Sequence record: DRR723986_1328
Strand: one strand, 5' to 3'
DNA: 20,969 nucleotides
How positions within the stretch are numbered: the first letter of the stretch is position 1; each line of letters opens with the position of its first letter. Both the position numbers and the translations under genes were made by a program. The notes under the pieces were generated by a model. It saw only the letters and a list, made by a program, of their open reading frames with translations, had not been told where the DNA came from and made no database searches. Shown here piece by piece: positions 1-7,917 of this stretch.

Positions 1-198
1 CAGGCGATGCGGCGCTTTCCAAATCCGTTCCCCTGTTTGCGCCCTATCGGGTGCTGCCTGTCTCAGCCGAACTCCTGACCTTGATGGCCATGTTTCCTTT
101 GCCGTCGGCTCTTCTTCAGATCGTGGTTCATGCATAGCCGTCTTTTCCAGGCGCGGCAAGAAAACCCGGTTCAGAACCAAGGCCTTTCAAACAGAATG

Positions 199-230
199 CT
201 TGACCTTGTGGCAATCTGAATGCCACATCT
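199..230 (+). promoter_or_regulatory. Putative promoter of the LOG gene with an internal 7-7-7 inverted repeat
   Basis: CTTGAC at 199-204 and CACATCT at 224-230, with ATG at 238 and no SD. TGTGGCA (207-213) and TGCCACA (221-227) form an inverted repeat. Confidence 0.4.
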
Positions 231-237
231 TTGCGTC

Positions 238-855
238 ATGAATACGGTTTCTCAAAATCAGCTTACAAGCGTCTGTGTTTACTGCGGGTCCAGCTTCGGT
301 TCAGACCCTGCACACGAGGCGTCCGCCACCCGTCTGGGCCAGCTAATTGCCGAGGCTGGCCTTCGACTTGTCTATGGCGGCGGCTCTGTCGGTCTGATGG
401 GAACCGTGGCCAATGCCGCCCTCGAAGCCGGCGGCAAAGTGACGGGAATCATTCCGCGTTTCCTGGAAAAACGCGAGGTGATGCTGGACACCCTCGAAGA
501 CCTGATCGTCACGCAGGACATGCACGAGCGCAAACACCTGATGTTCGAGAAAGCTGACGCCTTCATCGCGTTGCCCGGCGGTATCGGCACCCTGGAAGAA
601 GCCGTCGAAATGATGACCTGGGCCCAACTCGGACAACACCGCAAGCCGGTGGCACTGGCCAACCTCAACGGCTTCTGGTCGCCTTTGCTGGAACTTCTGG
701 ATCATATGCGGTCACAGGGATACATCCGTCCGGACACTGAAGTTCCCTATCTTGTTGCCCGATCCGTGGACGATATCCTGCCCATGCTGCGCCGCGCGAT
801 CAACGGTGAACCCCTGCCGGCACAAGAAGCATGCGCCTCGGTAACAGATCTCTAA
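238..855 (+). CDS. LOG family protein (TIGR00730; cytokinin riboside 5'-monophosphate phosphoribohydrolase / nucleotide monophosphate nucleosidase)
   Basis: Motifs VCVYCGSS, LVYGGG.VGLMG, MHERK..M and the LOG signature PGGIGTLEE. ATG at 238 is preferred over 220 because 220 lies inside the predicted promoter. Confidence 0.93.
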   Translation: MNTVSQNQLTSVCVYCGSSFGSDPAHEASATRLGQLIAEAGLRLVYGGGSVGLMGTVANAALEAGGKVTGIIPRFLEKREVMLDTLEDLIVTQDMHERKHLMFEKADAFIALPGGIGTLEEAVEMMTWAQLGQHRKPVALANLNGFWSPLLELLDHMRSQGYIRPDTEVPYLVARSVDDILPMLRRAINGEPLPAQEACASVTDL

Positions 856-980
856 AACTCTACTGAGTATAGAGGTTGGGAATACGTTCCCATGACTGTG
901 AATATTGGAACCAAATCGATTTGCAGTCTGTGGAGTTGAATAGTACCGTCGCACGAAACGCAGGAAGAACAGGCCACTAA

Positions 981-2234
981 ATGCAAACTACCCTTCTTGT
1001 TGAAGATGCGGCGTTTTTCGAGAAGGCAATCGTCAAGAAACTGCATGAGGTCGGCCGTCACCAGATCATGGTGGCACGTAGCTACGAAGAGGCAGAGAAC
1101 TGCCTCAATCTGCCTATCGGTGAACCTGACCTTGCTCTTGTCGACCTGACCCTTCCAGACGCCCCCGACGGCGAAATCGTCGATCTTTGCGAGAAGTGGA
1201 ATATTCCCACGATCGTCTTCACCAGCCGCTTCGACCCGAAAACCCGAAGCAAGTTCCTGGAAAAAGGCGTTATTGACTACGTCCTGAAGGATTCTCCCGG
1301 CAGCCTGAACTATGTTGCGGACCTGATCCGGAAACTGGCGCAGAACCCCAAGATCGGCATTCTCATTCTGGACGATTCCGCGGTGGAGCGGGACGTGATC
1401 TCCAAGATCGTCGGCAAGCACCTATACAAGATCTATCAGGCCAGCTCTACGGACGAAGCCCTCCAGACCCTGAAGGATTACAAGGACATCAAACTTGTCC
1501 TGGCGGACTATTTCATGCCGGACAAGGACGGCTTTGCCTTTCTGAAAGCCGTTCGCAGAGTGCATGACCCGGAGAAAGTCGGCGTCATCGGCATGTCGTC
1601 CTATGCCAATCCGGACAACCGGGTGCGGTTCCTGAAATACGGTGCAGCGGATTTCGTCGACAAGAACTGCCCTCCGGAAGAGCTGCTGCTGCGCGTGTCG
1701 CAGAACCTCGATTACATCTACCGGATCGAGGAACTCAACAACATGGCGATGCGGGACTCCCTTACGGGTCTCTACAACCGCCGTTACCTTCTGGAACAGG
1801 CCACCAAGGCAATCGCGACCTGGCCGGGTTCCGAAGGACGTGCGCATTGGCTCGCGCTCCTCGACCTGGACTCCTTCAAGGCAATCAACGATTCACTCGG
1901 CCACGATTTCGGCGATGCGGTTCTGATCAGTTTTGCCCGCCACATGATGAAGCTCGCAAAGGAAGACGATATCGTCTCGCGGCTCGGCGGCGACGAATTC
2001 TGCATCGTGTTCCGGGACAAGGAAGAAGCCGAGGTTGTCGACGGACTGCAAAACCTACTGGACAATGTTCTGGCCTCGCCCGTGCGTCACGACGGCGAGG
2101 AACATCTGATGAAGACAAGCGTCGGCGTCGCCCCGCTCGAAAGCGGCAGGTTTGGCGACGCCCTGAAGACCGCCGATCACAGGCTTTATGCTGCCAAACG
2201 CAGTGGCCGCGGCCAGCTGGTTTCTTCAGACTGA
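981..2234 (+). CDS. Response-regulator diguanylate cyclase (REC-REC-GGDEF)
   Basis: Two receiver domains (LLVEDA...ALVDLTLPD...YVLK and ILDDS...VLADYFMPD...FVDK), then D.LTGLYNRR, DLDSFKAINDSLGH, RLGGDEF and ADHRLYAAK. Confidence 0.93.
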   Translation: MQTTLLVEDAAFFEKAIVKKLHEVGRHQIMVARSYEEAENCLNLPIGEPDLALVDLTLPDAPDGEIVDLCEKWNIPTIVFTSRFDPKTRSKFLEKGVIDYVLKDSPGSLNYVADLIRKLAQNPKIGILILDDSAVERDVISKIVGKHLYKIYQASSTDEALQTLKDYKDIKLVLADYFMPDKDGFAFLKAVRRVHDPEKVGVIGMSSYANPDNRVRFLKYGAADFVDKNCPPEELLLRVSQNLDYIYRIEELNNMAMRDSLTGLYNRRYLLEQATKAIATWPGSEGRAHWLALLDLDSFKAINDSLGHDFGDAVLISFARHMMKLAKEDDIVSRLGGDEFCIVFRDKEEAEVVDGLQNLLDNVLASPVRHDGEEHLMKTSVGVAPLESGRFGDALKTADHRLYAAKRSGRGQLVSSD

Positions 2235-2274
2235 CCGCATCTTCCACAGTGCTCTGGCTGCCATTACCCTAGTT

Positions 2275-3180
2275 TCAGCTCCGGTAGCGCCGCCAGCTGT
2301 CGTAGGTAAACACCACCAGCGCAGCCCAGATCATGCCGAACGTCATCAGCTTGGTCGGGTCCAGCGGTTCGCCCCAGATATAAATCGCCATCAGGAAGTG
2401 CATGGACGGCGCCATGTACTGCATAAGCCCCAGCATGAAGAGCGGCAGCCGCCGGGCGGCTGAGGAAAAACAGATCAGGGGCAAGGCCGTGACAATGCCC
2501 GTCCCCACGAGGGCGAGCAGAACCGGCGGATCGTTCAAGACCATTGCGTCGACACCCCAGCTGAGGCTCAACAGCATGTAGCCGGCGGCGAGCGGAAACA
2601 GCACAAGCGTTTCCACGAACAGTCCCGGAGTTGCCTTCACGGGCGTCACTTTTCGCACGTAGCCGTACCCTGCGAAGGAAAACGCCAGCACCAGAGACAC
2701 CCACGGCAAACCGCCTGCCAGGATCGCCTGCAGAACCACCGCAATGGCGGCAACGCCGACAGAAATCCCCTGCCAGGTCGTCAGTTTTTCCCTCAACACG
2801 AACAGGCCAACCAGAATGCTGACCAGTGGGTTGATGAAATAGCCGAGCGAAATATCGAGCACGTGATTGTTGGAAATTGCCCAGACGAAGGTCAGCCAGT
2901 TGACGGCAATGAAAGTGGCGGACGCCGTCAGCCCCATGAGCACCTTCGGCTGGCGAAAAACCTCGCGCACTTCCTGCCAGCGGCCGCGCGAATAGAGAAA
3001 CAGACCGACAAACAGCACCGACCAGAGGATCCGGTGAGACACTACAAGATCTGCTGGCACGGTATCGGTCAGTTTGTAATAGGCCGGGAGGAAGCCCCAC
3101 ATGCCGTATGCAGCCAGGCCAAACAGAAGGCCCTGACGGAATTCGGCATTCGCTTCGGTGCTGGTCACCGTCTGCGACAT
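2275..3180 (-). CDS. rarD: EamA/DMT family transporter RarD
   Basis: About 10 hydrophobic segments with RarD motifs AYGMWG.LP.Y, HRILWS, NWLTFVWA, SLGYFINPL, YGYVRK and GLMQYMAP. Confidence 0.92.
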   Translation of the reverse strand: MSQTVTSTEANAEFRQGLLFGLAAYGMWGFLPAYYKLTDTVPADLVVSHRILWSVLFVGLFLYSRGRWQEVREVFRQPKVLMGLTASATFIAVNWLTFVWAISNNHVLDISLGYFINPLVSILVGLFVLREKLTTWQGISVGVAAIAVVLQAILAGGLPWVSLVLAFSFAGYGYVRKVTPVKATPGLFVETLVLFPLAAGYMLLSLSWGVDAMVLNDPPVLLALVGTGIVTALPLICFSSAARRLPLFMLGLMQYMAPSMHFLMAIYIWGEPLDPTKLMTFGMIWAALVVFTYDSWRRYRS

Positions 3181-3220
3181 GGCATTGCCTTTCTGGCGCC
3201 CGAAAGGCGCGTGACCAGGA

Positions 3221-4816
3221 TCAGGCCACGTTGGCTTTCATCAGCGCGAATGTAATGGAGTCGACCAGGGCCTGGAAAGAGGCGTCGACGATGTTGGAGG
3301 ATACCCCGATCGTGAACCAGCGCCGGTGCGTGACTGTGTCCTGGCTTTCGATCAGAACGCGCGTGACAGCGCCCGTGCCACCATTGAGGATGCGCACCTT
3401 ATAGTCAATCAGTTCCAGGCCGTCGATGGCAGACTGGTATTTGCCCAGATCCTTTCGCAGTGCCATGTCCAGCGCATTGACCGGGCCGTTGCCTTCAGCA
3501 ACCGACATTCGGGTTTCGCCGTCGATATCGACCTTCACCACGGCTTCCGAAACCGTGACCAGATCGCCGATTGCGTTAAACCGGCGTTCCACCATCACGC
3601 GGAAGGATTCAACTGCGAAGTAACGCGGCACCTCGCCCAATTCCCGGCGCGCAAGCAACTCGAACGACGCGTCGGCGGCCTCGTAGGCATAGCCTTCGGC
3701 TTCCCGTTCCTTGACCTTCGCCAACAGTAGGTCAAGACGCGGATCTGACTTGTCGACTTCGATGCCCACCCGGGCCAACTCTCCCAGAAGGTTGCTCTTG
3801 CCGGCCTGGTCGGACACCAGCACCCGCCGCTGGTTGCCGACACTTTCCGGTGTAACGTGTTCATAGGTCTGCGGATCCTTCAGGATCGCGGAGGCATGAA
3901 TACCGGCCTTTGTGGCGAAGGCGGTTTCGCCCACGTAGGGGGCCTGCCTGTCCGGCGACCGGTTGAGGATTTCATCGAACGCATGGGAAATTGAGGTGAT
4001 CTCTTTCAACTGAGCGTCGCTGACACCGATTTCGAACCGATCGGAGAATGCCGGTTTCAGCTTAAGTGTCGGGATCAGGGTGATGAGGTTGGCGTTGCCG
4101 CAGCGCTCACCCAGCCCGTTCAAGGTTCCCTGGATCTGCCTTACGCCGGCATCCACTGCCGCCAGTGAGTTGGCGACCGCGTGACCGGTGTCATCGTGGG
4201 TGTGGATGCCGAGATGCGTTCCGGGAACAACCTCCTGCACCTTGGTGACGATGTCGAAGATCTCATCGGGCAGCGTGCCGCCGTTGGTGTCACACAGAAC
4301 GATCCACCGCGCGCCTGCATGGTATGCCGTGCGGGCACAATTGAGCGCGTATTCCGGATTGGCCTTGAAGCCATCGAAGAAATGCTCGCAGTCGATCATC
4401 GCTTCCTTGCCGGCAGCAACGGCTGCGGTAACGGTCTCGTAGATCGAATCGAGGTTTTCCTCGTTGCTGCAACCAAGCGCGACCCGGACATGGTAGTCCC
4501 ATGCCTTGGCCACGAAACAGCAGGCATCGGAACTTGCGGACAGCACGTCCTGAAGCCCCGGATCGTTCGCAGCCGAGCGGCCTGCGCGCTTGGTCATGCC
4601 AAACGCGGTGAACGTTGCCTTGCGCGTCCGCTTTTCACTGAAGAACTCACTGTCGGTCGGGTTGGCACCCGGATAGCCACCTTCGATGTAATCGACGCCA
4701 AGCCGCTCCAGAAGTTCGGCAACCACAACCTTCTCGTTGACAGAGAAGTCGACCCCGCTGGTCTGGGCGCCGTCACGCAATGTCGTGTCGAAAAGAAAAA
4801 GCCGTTCCTTGGTCAT
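3221..4816 (-). CDS. cimA: Citramalate synthase (LeuA-related DRE-TIM metallolyase; threonine-independent Ile pathway)
   Basis: DTTLRDGAQ, YIEGGYPGANP, EHFFDGFK, CDTNGG, GIHTHDD, GERCGNANL and a C-terminal regulatory domain (GNGPVNALD, DYKVRIL, TRVLIES). The GANP and EHFFDG motifs fit the CimA clade rather than LeuA. Confidence 0.9.
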   Translation of the reverse strand: MTKERLFLFDTTLRDGAQTSGVDFSVNEKVVVAELLERLGVDYIEGGYPGANPTDSEFFSEKRTRKATFTAFGMTKRAGRSAANDPGLQDVLSASSDACCFVAKAWDYHVRVALGCSNEENLDSIYETVTAAVAAGKEAMIDCEHFFDGFKANPEYALNCARTAYHAGARWIVLCDTNGGTLPDEIFDIVTKVQEVVPGTHLGIHTHDDTGHAVANSLAAVDAGVRQIQGTLNGLGERCGNANLITLIPTLKLKPAFSDRFEIGVSDAQLKEITSISHAFDEILNRSPDRQAPYVGETAFATKAGIHASAILKDPQTYEHVTPESVGNQRRVLVSDQAGKSNLLGELARVGIEVDKSDPRLDLLLAKVKEREAEGYAYEAADASFELLARRELGEVPRYFAVESFRVMVERRFNAIGDLVTVSEAVVKVDIDGETRMSVAEGNGPVNALDMALRKDLGKYQSAIDGLELIDYKVRILNGGTGAVTRVLIESQDTVTHRRWFTIGVSSNIVDASFQALVDSITFALMKANVA

Positions 4817-4848
4817 ATCCGTATCCTGAGCAGCGTCGGGGCTGTCTT

Positions 4849-5346
4849 TTATTCGTTGTCATTTGCCCCGGTGCGAACCGGTGGCCAGGTTTCCGTGTCG
4901 TGATCGGGGTGCTGGAACGAAACGAGCGACGCCAGAAAAGGCGCTGCCTCCATATCGTCTTCCGTCACCCTTTCGGGAATTTGAGCCATGCTGTCGGCAT
5001 AAGGCAGCTTTGCCTCGACGCCGAACTGGATGCTGGGCGGGATCTGCGATGGATGGTCAAAGGCCCCGATGGCCAGTGCAATGCCATCCGGCGCTTCATA
5101 GGTCAGCGGCGTACCGCATTCGGCGCAAAAGCCCCGGGTTGCGTGATTGGAACTCTGGAAGTGCTTCAACGATCCACGTGTCCAGACAAGCCTGGATGTT
5201 TCAGGAACACTGACCAGTGGCGCGTAAAAGCCACCAAAGGCCTTCTGGCACATGCGGCAATGACAAATGGAAGCCTCGCCCAATGGCCCTTCCACCTTGA
5301 ACCGCAAGGCACCGCACTGACAGCCTCCGGTATGGATCTCCGTCAT
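4849..5346 (-). CDS. GFA family (glutathione-dependent formaldehyde-activating / CENP-V-like) zinc protein
   Basis: GGCQCGALRF, CHCRMCQKA and RGFCAECGTPL. The ATG at 5346 overlaps the upstream stop codon (ATGA). Confidence 0.9.
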   Translation of the reverse strand: MTEIHTGGCQCGALRFKVEGPLGEASICHCRMCQKAFGGFYAPLVSVPETSRLVWTRGSLKHFQSSNHATRGFCAECGTPLTYEAPDGIALAIGAFDHPSQIPPSIQFGVEAKLPYADSMAQIPERVTEDDMEAAPFLASLVSFQHPDHDTETWPPVRTGANDNE

Positions 5347-5837
5347 CCGCCCCTCACTTCCCAATGATCCGTGTCATGATCGGGATGCTGATTGTTGGTT
5401 GCCGTGACATCATTGATCCCACCTGGCAGGTCGTCCCGATTTGACTGCGTTTCGTTCAGTTCGAAAAGATGCCCATAGAATGACACTCGCCCCTCGACAC
5501 CGGACTGTTCAACCGGCGTGACCGCGGCGACATCGTCCAGGCTGCCATGGGTAAAGGAAATGTGGTCGTCGCCAATCGTATCAAAGGCCAGAGGCGTGCC
5601 GCAGGTTCCACAGAAACCCCGGCGGACAGGCTTGGAAGAGTGGAACCAGGAGGGTTCGCCGCGGGTCCATTCAAAATCGGACTTCGCAGCACCGATCAAC
5701 GGCAGAAAGAAATTCCCCGATGCCTTCTGGCACATGCGGCAATGACACAGATGCGGATGACCGACCTCTCCCGTCACCTGGTAACGCACGGCGCCGCACT
5801 GGCAACCGCCGCTCAGCCTTTGAACAGTATCGCCCAT
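5343..5837 (-). CDS. GFA family zinc protein (tandem paralog)
   Basis: GGCQCGAVRY, CHCRMCQKA and RGFCGTCGTPL. The ATG at 5837 overlaps the DUF559 stop (TGATG), with a GGAGA SD upstream. Confidence 0.9.
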   Translation of the reverse strand: MGDTVQRLSGGCQCGAVRYQVTGEVGHPHLCHCRMCQKASGNFFLPLIGAAKSDFEWTRGEPSWFHSSKPVRRGFCGTCGTPLAFDTIGDDHISFTHGSLDDVAAVTPVEQSGVEGRVSFYGHLFELNETQSNRDDLPGGINDVTATNNQHPDHDTDHWEVRGG

Positions 5838-6205
5838 CAGAAATTCTCCTTGCCACAAGCGTTCAGGATCTTGCGGCAGACACCGTCAAGGTCGTGCGTC
5901 ACCTCCGCATTCCAGAAGCGCAAGGTCGTCCAGCCGAGAGCCTGAAGCTTGCGGTCGCGTGCGATGTCACGCGCCTGGCCCTGCAGTTCTGCGTGCTGGG
6001 ATCCGTCCAGTTCCACGATCAAGCGATGAGCAGGTGCCGCGAAATCGACAATGACCCCTTCGATCGGCATCTGCCTGCGAAAGGAAATCCCCTCCAATCG
6101 ATGCGCCCGGATCACTTGCCAGAGCTTCTTTTCAGCGTCCGTCATTTGCGAACGCAGGCGTTTGGCGTTGGATCTGAGTTGCTTGGAAACTGTCCGGTGC
6201 GGCAT
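5837..6205 (-). CDS. DUF559 (Vsr-like, PD-(D/E)xK) endonuclease domain protein, 122 aa
   Basis: LRSQMTDAEKKLW, FRRQMPI...IVDF, IVELDGSQH and RD..RD..L...GW..LRFWN. ATG at 6205 is preceded by an AAGAGGT SD. The frame is also open upstream to GTG 6505. Confidence 0.88.
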   Translation of the reverse strand: MPHRTVSKQLRSNAKRLRSQMTDAEKKLWQVIRAHRLEGISFRRQMPIEGVIVDFAAPAHRLIVELDGSQHAELQGQARDIARDRKLQALGWTTLRFWNAEVTHDLDGVCRKILNACGKENF

Positions 6206-6256
6206 GTAGCGACCTCTTAGCGATAGCCTGAAACCAGTGTTTGTTACACAAGCTGT

Positions 6257-6306
6257 ATACCCCCCTCTGTCCGCTTGCGCGGACATCTCCCCCTCAAGGG
6301 GGGAGA
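6257..6306. repeat. REP-like double-hairpin palindromic element, left copy
   Basis: ATACCCCCCTCTGTCC start; hairpin TGTCCGC-ttgc-GCGGACA (6268-6285); hairpin TCTCCCCCT-caa-GGGGGGAGA (6286-6306). Confidence 0.85.
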
Positions 6307-6428
6307 CCGGAGCATGCGGGCTGATTTGAGAAAACTCATACAGCTTTGGAGAGGTCTCCTCCCTGAGCAGAACTCCGGTCTTGCGCCATAGCCGGTTCAA
6401 AAATGCATGGCAGCGCGGCATACGCCCC

Positions 6429-6477
6429 TCTCCCCCCTTGCAGGGGAGATCTTCCCATAGGGGACAGAGGGGGGTAT
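6429..6477. repeat. REP-like double-hairpin palindromic element, right copy (inverted relative to the left copy)
   Basis: The reverse complement reads ATACCCCCCTCTGTCC-cctatgggaag-ATCTCCCCtgCAAGGGGGGAGA. It has a 16-nt exact match to the left copy and a near-identical second hairpin. Confidence 0.85.
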
Positions 6478-6501
6478 CCCGTCTTTCCGCCTGGTACCGT
6501 C

Positions 6502-7917
6502 TCACCGCTTGACTTCCCAGGTTGTCACGCGGGCACCGGTTTCTGAGTCTTTTGAATCCTTTAGAAGAATTCCCTGAGACGTCAGTTCATCGCGGATCGC
6601 GTCAGCTTCGGCCCAGTTCTTGGCATTGAGGGCCTCCAGGCGTTTTTCGATGGCTGCCAAAATGCCGGCCTCATCAACGCCAGACAAATCCGCCTTGACC
6701 GGATGAACGCCGAGGATCGCGGCAGATGCCGAGTAAACATCCAGTTTGGCAGGGTCCTTGGAAGCCTCGACGGCGAGCGCGTGGAGCGCCTGAATGGCGC
6801 CTGCGGTGTTCAGGTCGTCCAAAAGGGCATCAAGCACCTCGGCGGCAGGGGCCGCATCCGTTTCGACCGGATCCGGCCAACGGGCCAGGAGGTTTTCCGC
6901 TTCTTCAAGCTTGCGTTTGGAGAAGTCGATCGGCTCTCGATAGTTGGTCATCAACATGGCAAGGCGCAGCACTTCGCCCGGCCACATGCGGCCGCCGAAA
7001 CTGTCCGTTTCCAGAAGCTCCTGAATGGTGAAGAAGTTGCCCTCGGACTTGGACATCTTCCGGCCTTCCACCTGCAGGAAGCCGTTGTGCATCCAGTAGT
7101 TGGCCATGACCTTGGTGCCATGAGCGCAGCGGGACTGGGCGATTTCGTTTTCGTGGTGCGGGAAGATAAGGTCCAGCCCGCCGCCGTGAATGTCGAACAC
7201 TTCACCCAGATGGTGCGCGCTCATGACAGAGCACTCGATGTGCCAGCCCGGACGCCCCCTGCCCCACGGGCTGTCCCAGCCGGGCTCTTCTTCAGAAGAC
7301 AGTTTCCAGAGCACGAAATCTCCGGGGTTCTTCTTGTGAGCATCAACCGCAATGCGAGCCCCGGCTAGCTGCTCGTCCAGCTTCCTCTTTGACAGGCCGC
7401 CGTAGTCGGGCATGGACTGGGTGTCGAATAGAACTTCACCGCCCGCCTGATAGGCGTGTCCCTTTTCGATCAGCGCCGCGATCATCTCGACCATGCCGCT
7501 GATATGCTGTGTCGCCCGAGGCTCGATGCTCGGCTCCAGCACACCCAGAGACCTGATGTCCTTATGGAACTGGTCCGCAGTCTTCTGCGTCACCTGGGCA
7601 ATGGCTTCATTGAGCGACAGATCGGGAAAGTCACGAAGTGCGCGTGCGTTGATCTTGTCGTCAACGTCAGTGATGTTGCGCGCATAGGTGACGTGGTCGG
7701 CACCATAAAGATGGCGCAGAAGCCGGAAGAGCACATCGAAGACGATGACCGGTCGCGCGTTACCGATGTGGGCAAAGTCATAGACGGTCGGTCCGCAGAC
7801 GTAGAGACGCACATTCCCGTCATCGATCGCCCGGAAGTCCTCCTTCTGGCGCGTCAATGTGTTGGTGAGCTTCAAGCCCTTGAAAGTGCCGGATTTCTCT
7901 GTCTCAGCGGCGCTCAT
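6502..7917 (-). CDS. cysS: Cysteine--tRNA ligase
   Basis: [17 protein letters not shown] (HIGH motif), [38 protein letters not shown] and KMSKS. SD AGGAG at 7928-7932. Confidence 0.98.
   Translation of the reverse strand: MSAAETEKSGTFKGLKLTNTLTRQKEDFRAIDDGNVRLYVCGPTVYDFAHIGNARPVIVFDVLFRLLRHLYGADHVTYARNITDVDDKINARALRDFPDLSLNEAIAQVTQKTADQFHKDIRSLGVLEPSIEPRATQHISGMVEMIAALIEKGHAYQAGGEVLFDTQSMPDYGGLSKRKLDEQLAGARIAVDAHKKNPGDFVLWKLSSEEEPGWDSPWGRGRPGWHIECSVMSAHHLGEVFDIHGGGLDLIFPHHENEIAQSRCAHGTKVMANYWMHNGFLQVEGRKMSKSEGNFFTIQELLETDSFGGRMWPGEVLRLAMLMTNYREPIDFSKRKLEEAENLLARWPDPVETDAAPAAEVLDALLDDLNTAGAIQALHALAVEASKDPAKLDVYSASAAILGVHPVKADLSGVDEAGILAAIEKRLEALNAKNWAEADAIRDELTSQGILLKDSKDSETGARVTTWEVKR

Noticed and set aside
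1-135. Possible minus-strand gene start (MHEPRSEEEP..., open to the window edge) or short ORF MAIKVRSSAETGSTR
   Set aside because: No recognisable motif, and the longer frame is truncated by the window edge; cannot be supported.
6257-6477. CRISPR array, IS ends or intrinsic terminators
   Set aside because: Only two inverted copies rather than direct repeats with spacers; no cas or transposase gene and no U-tracts.
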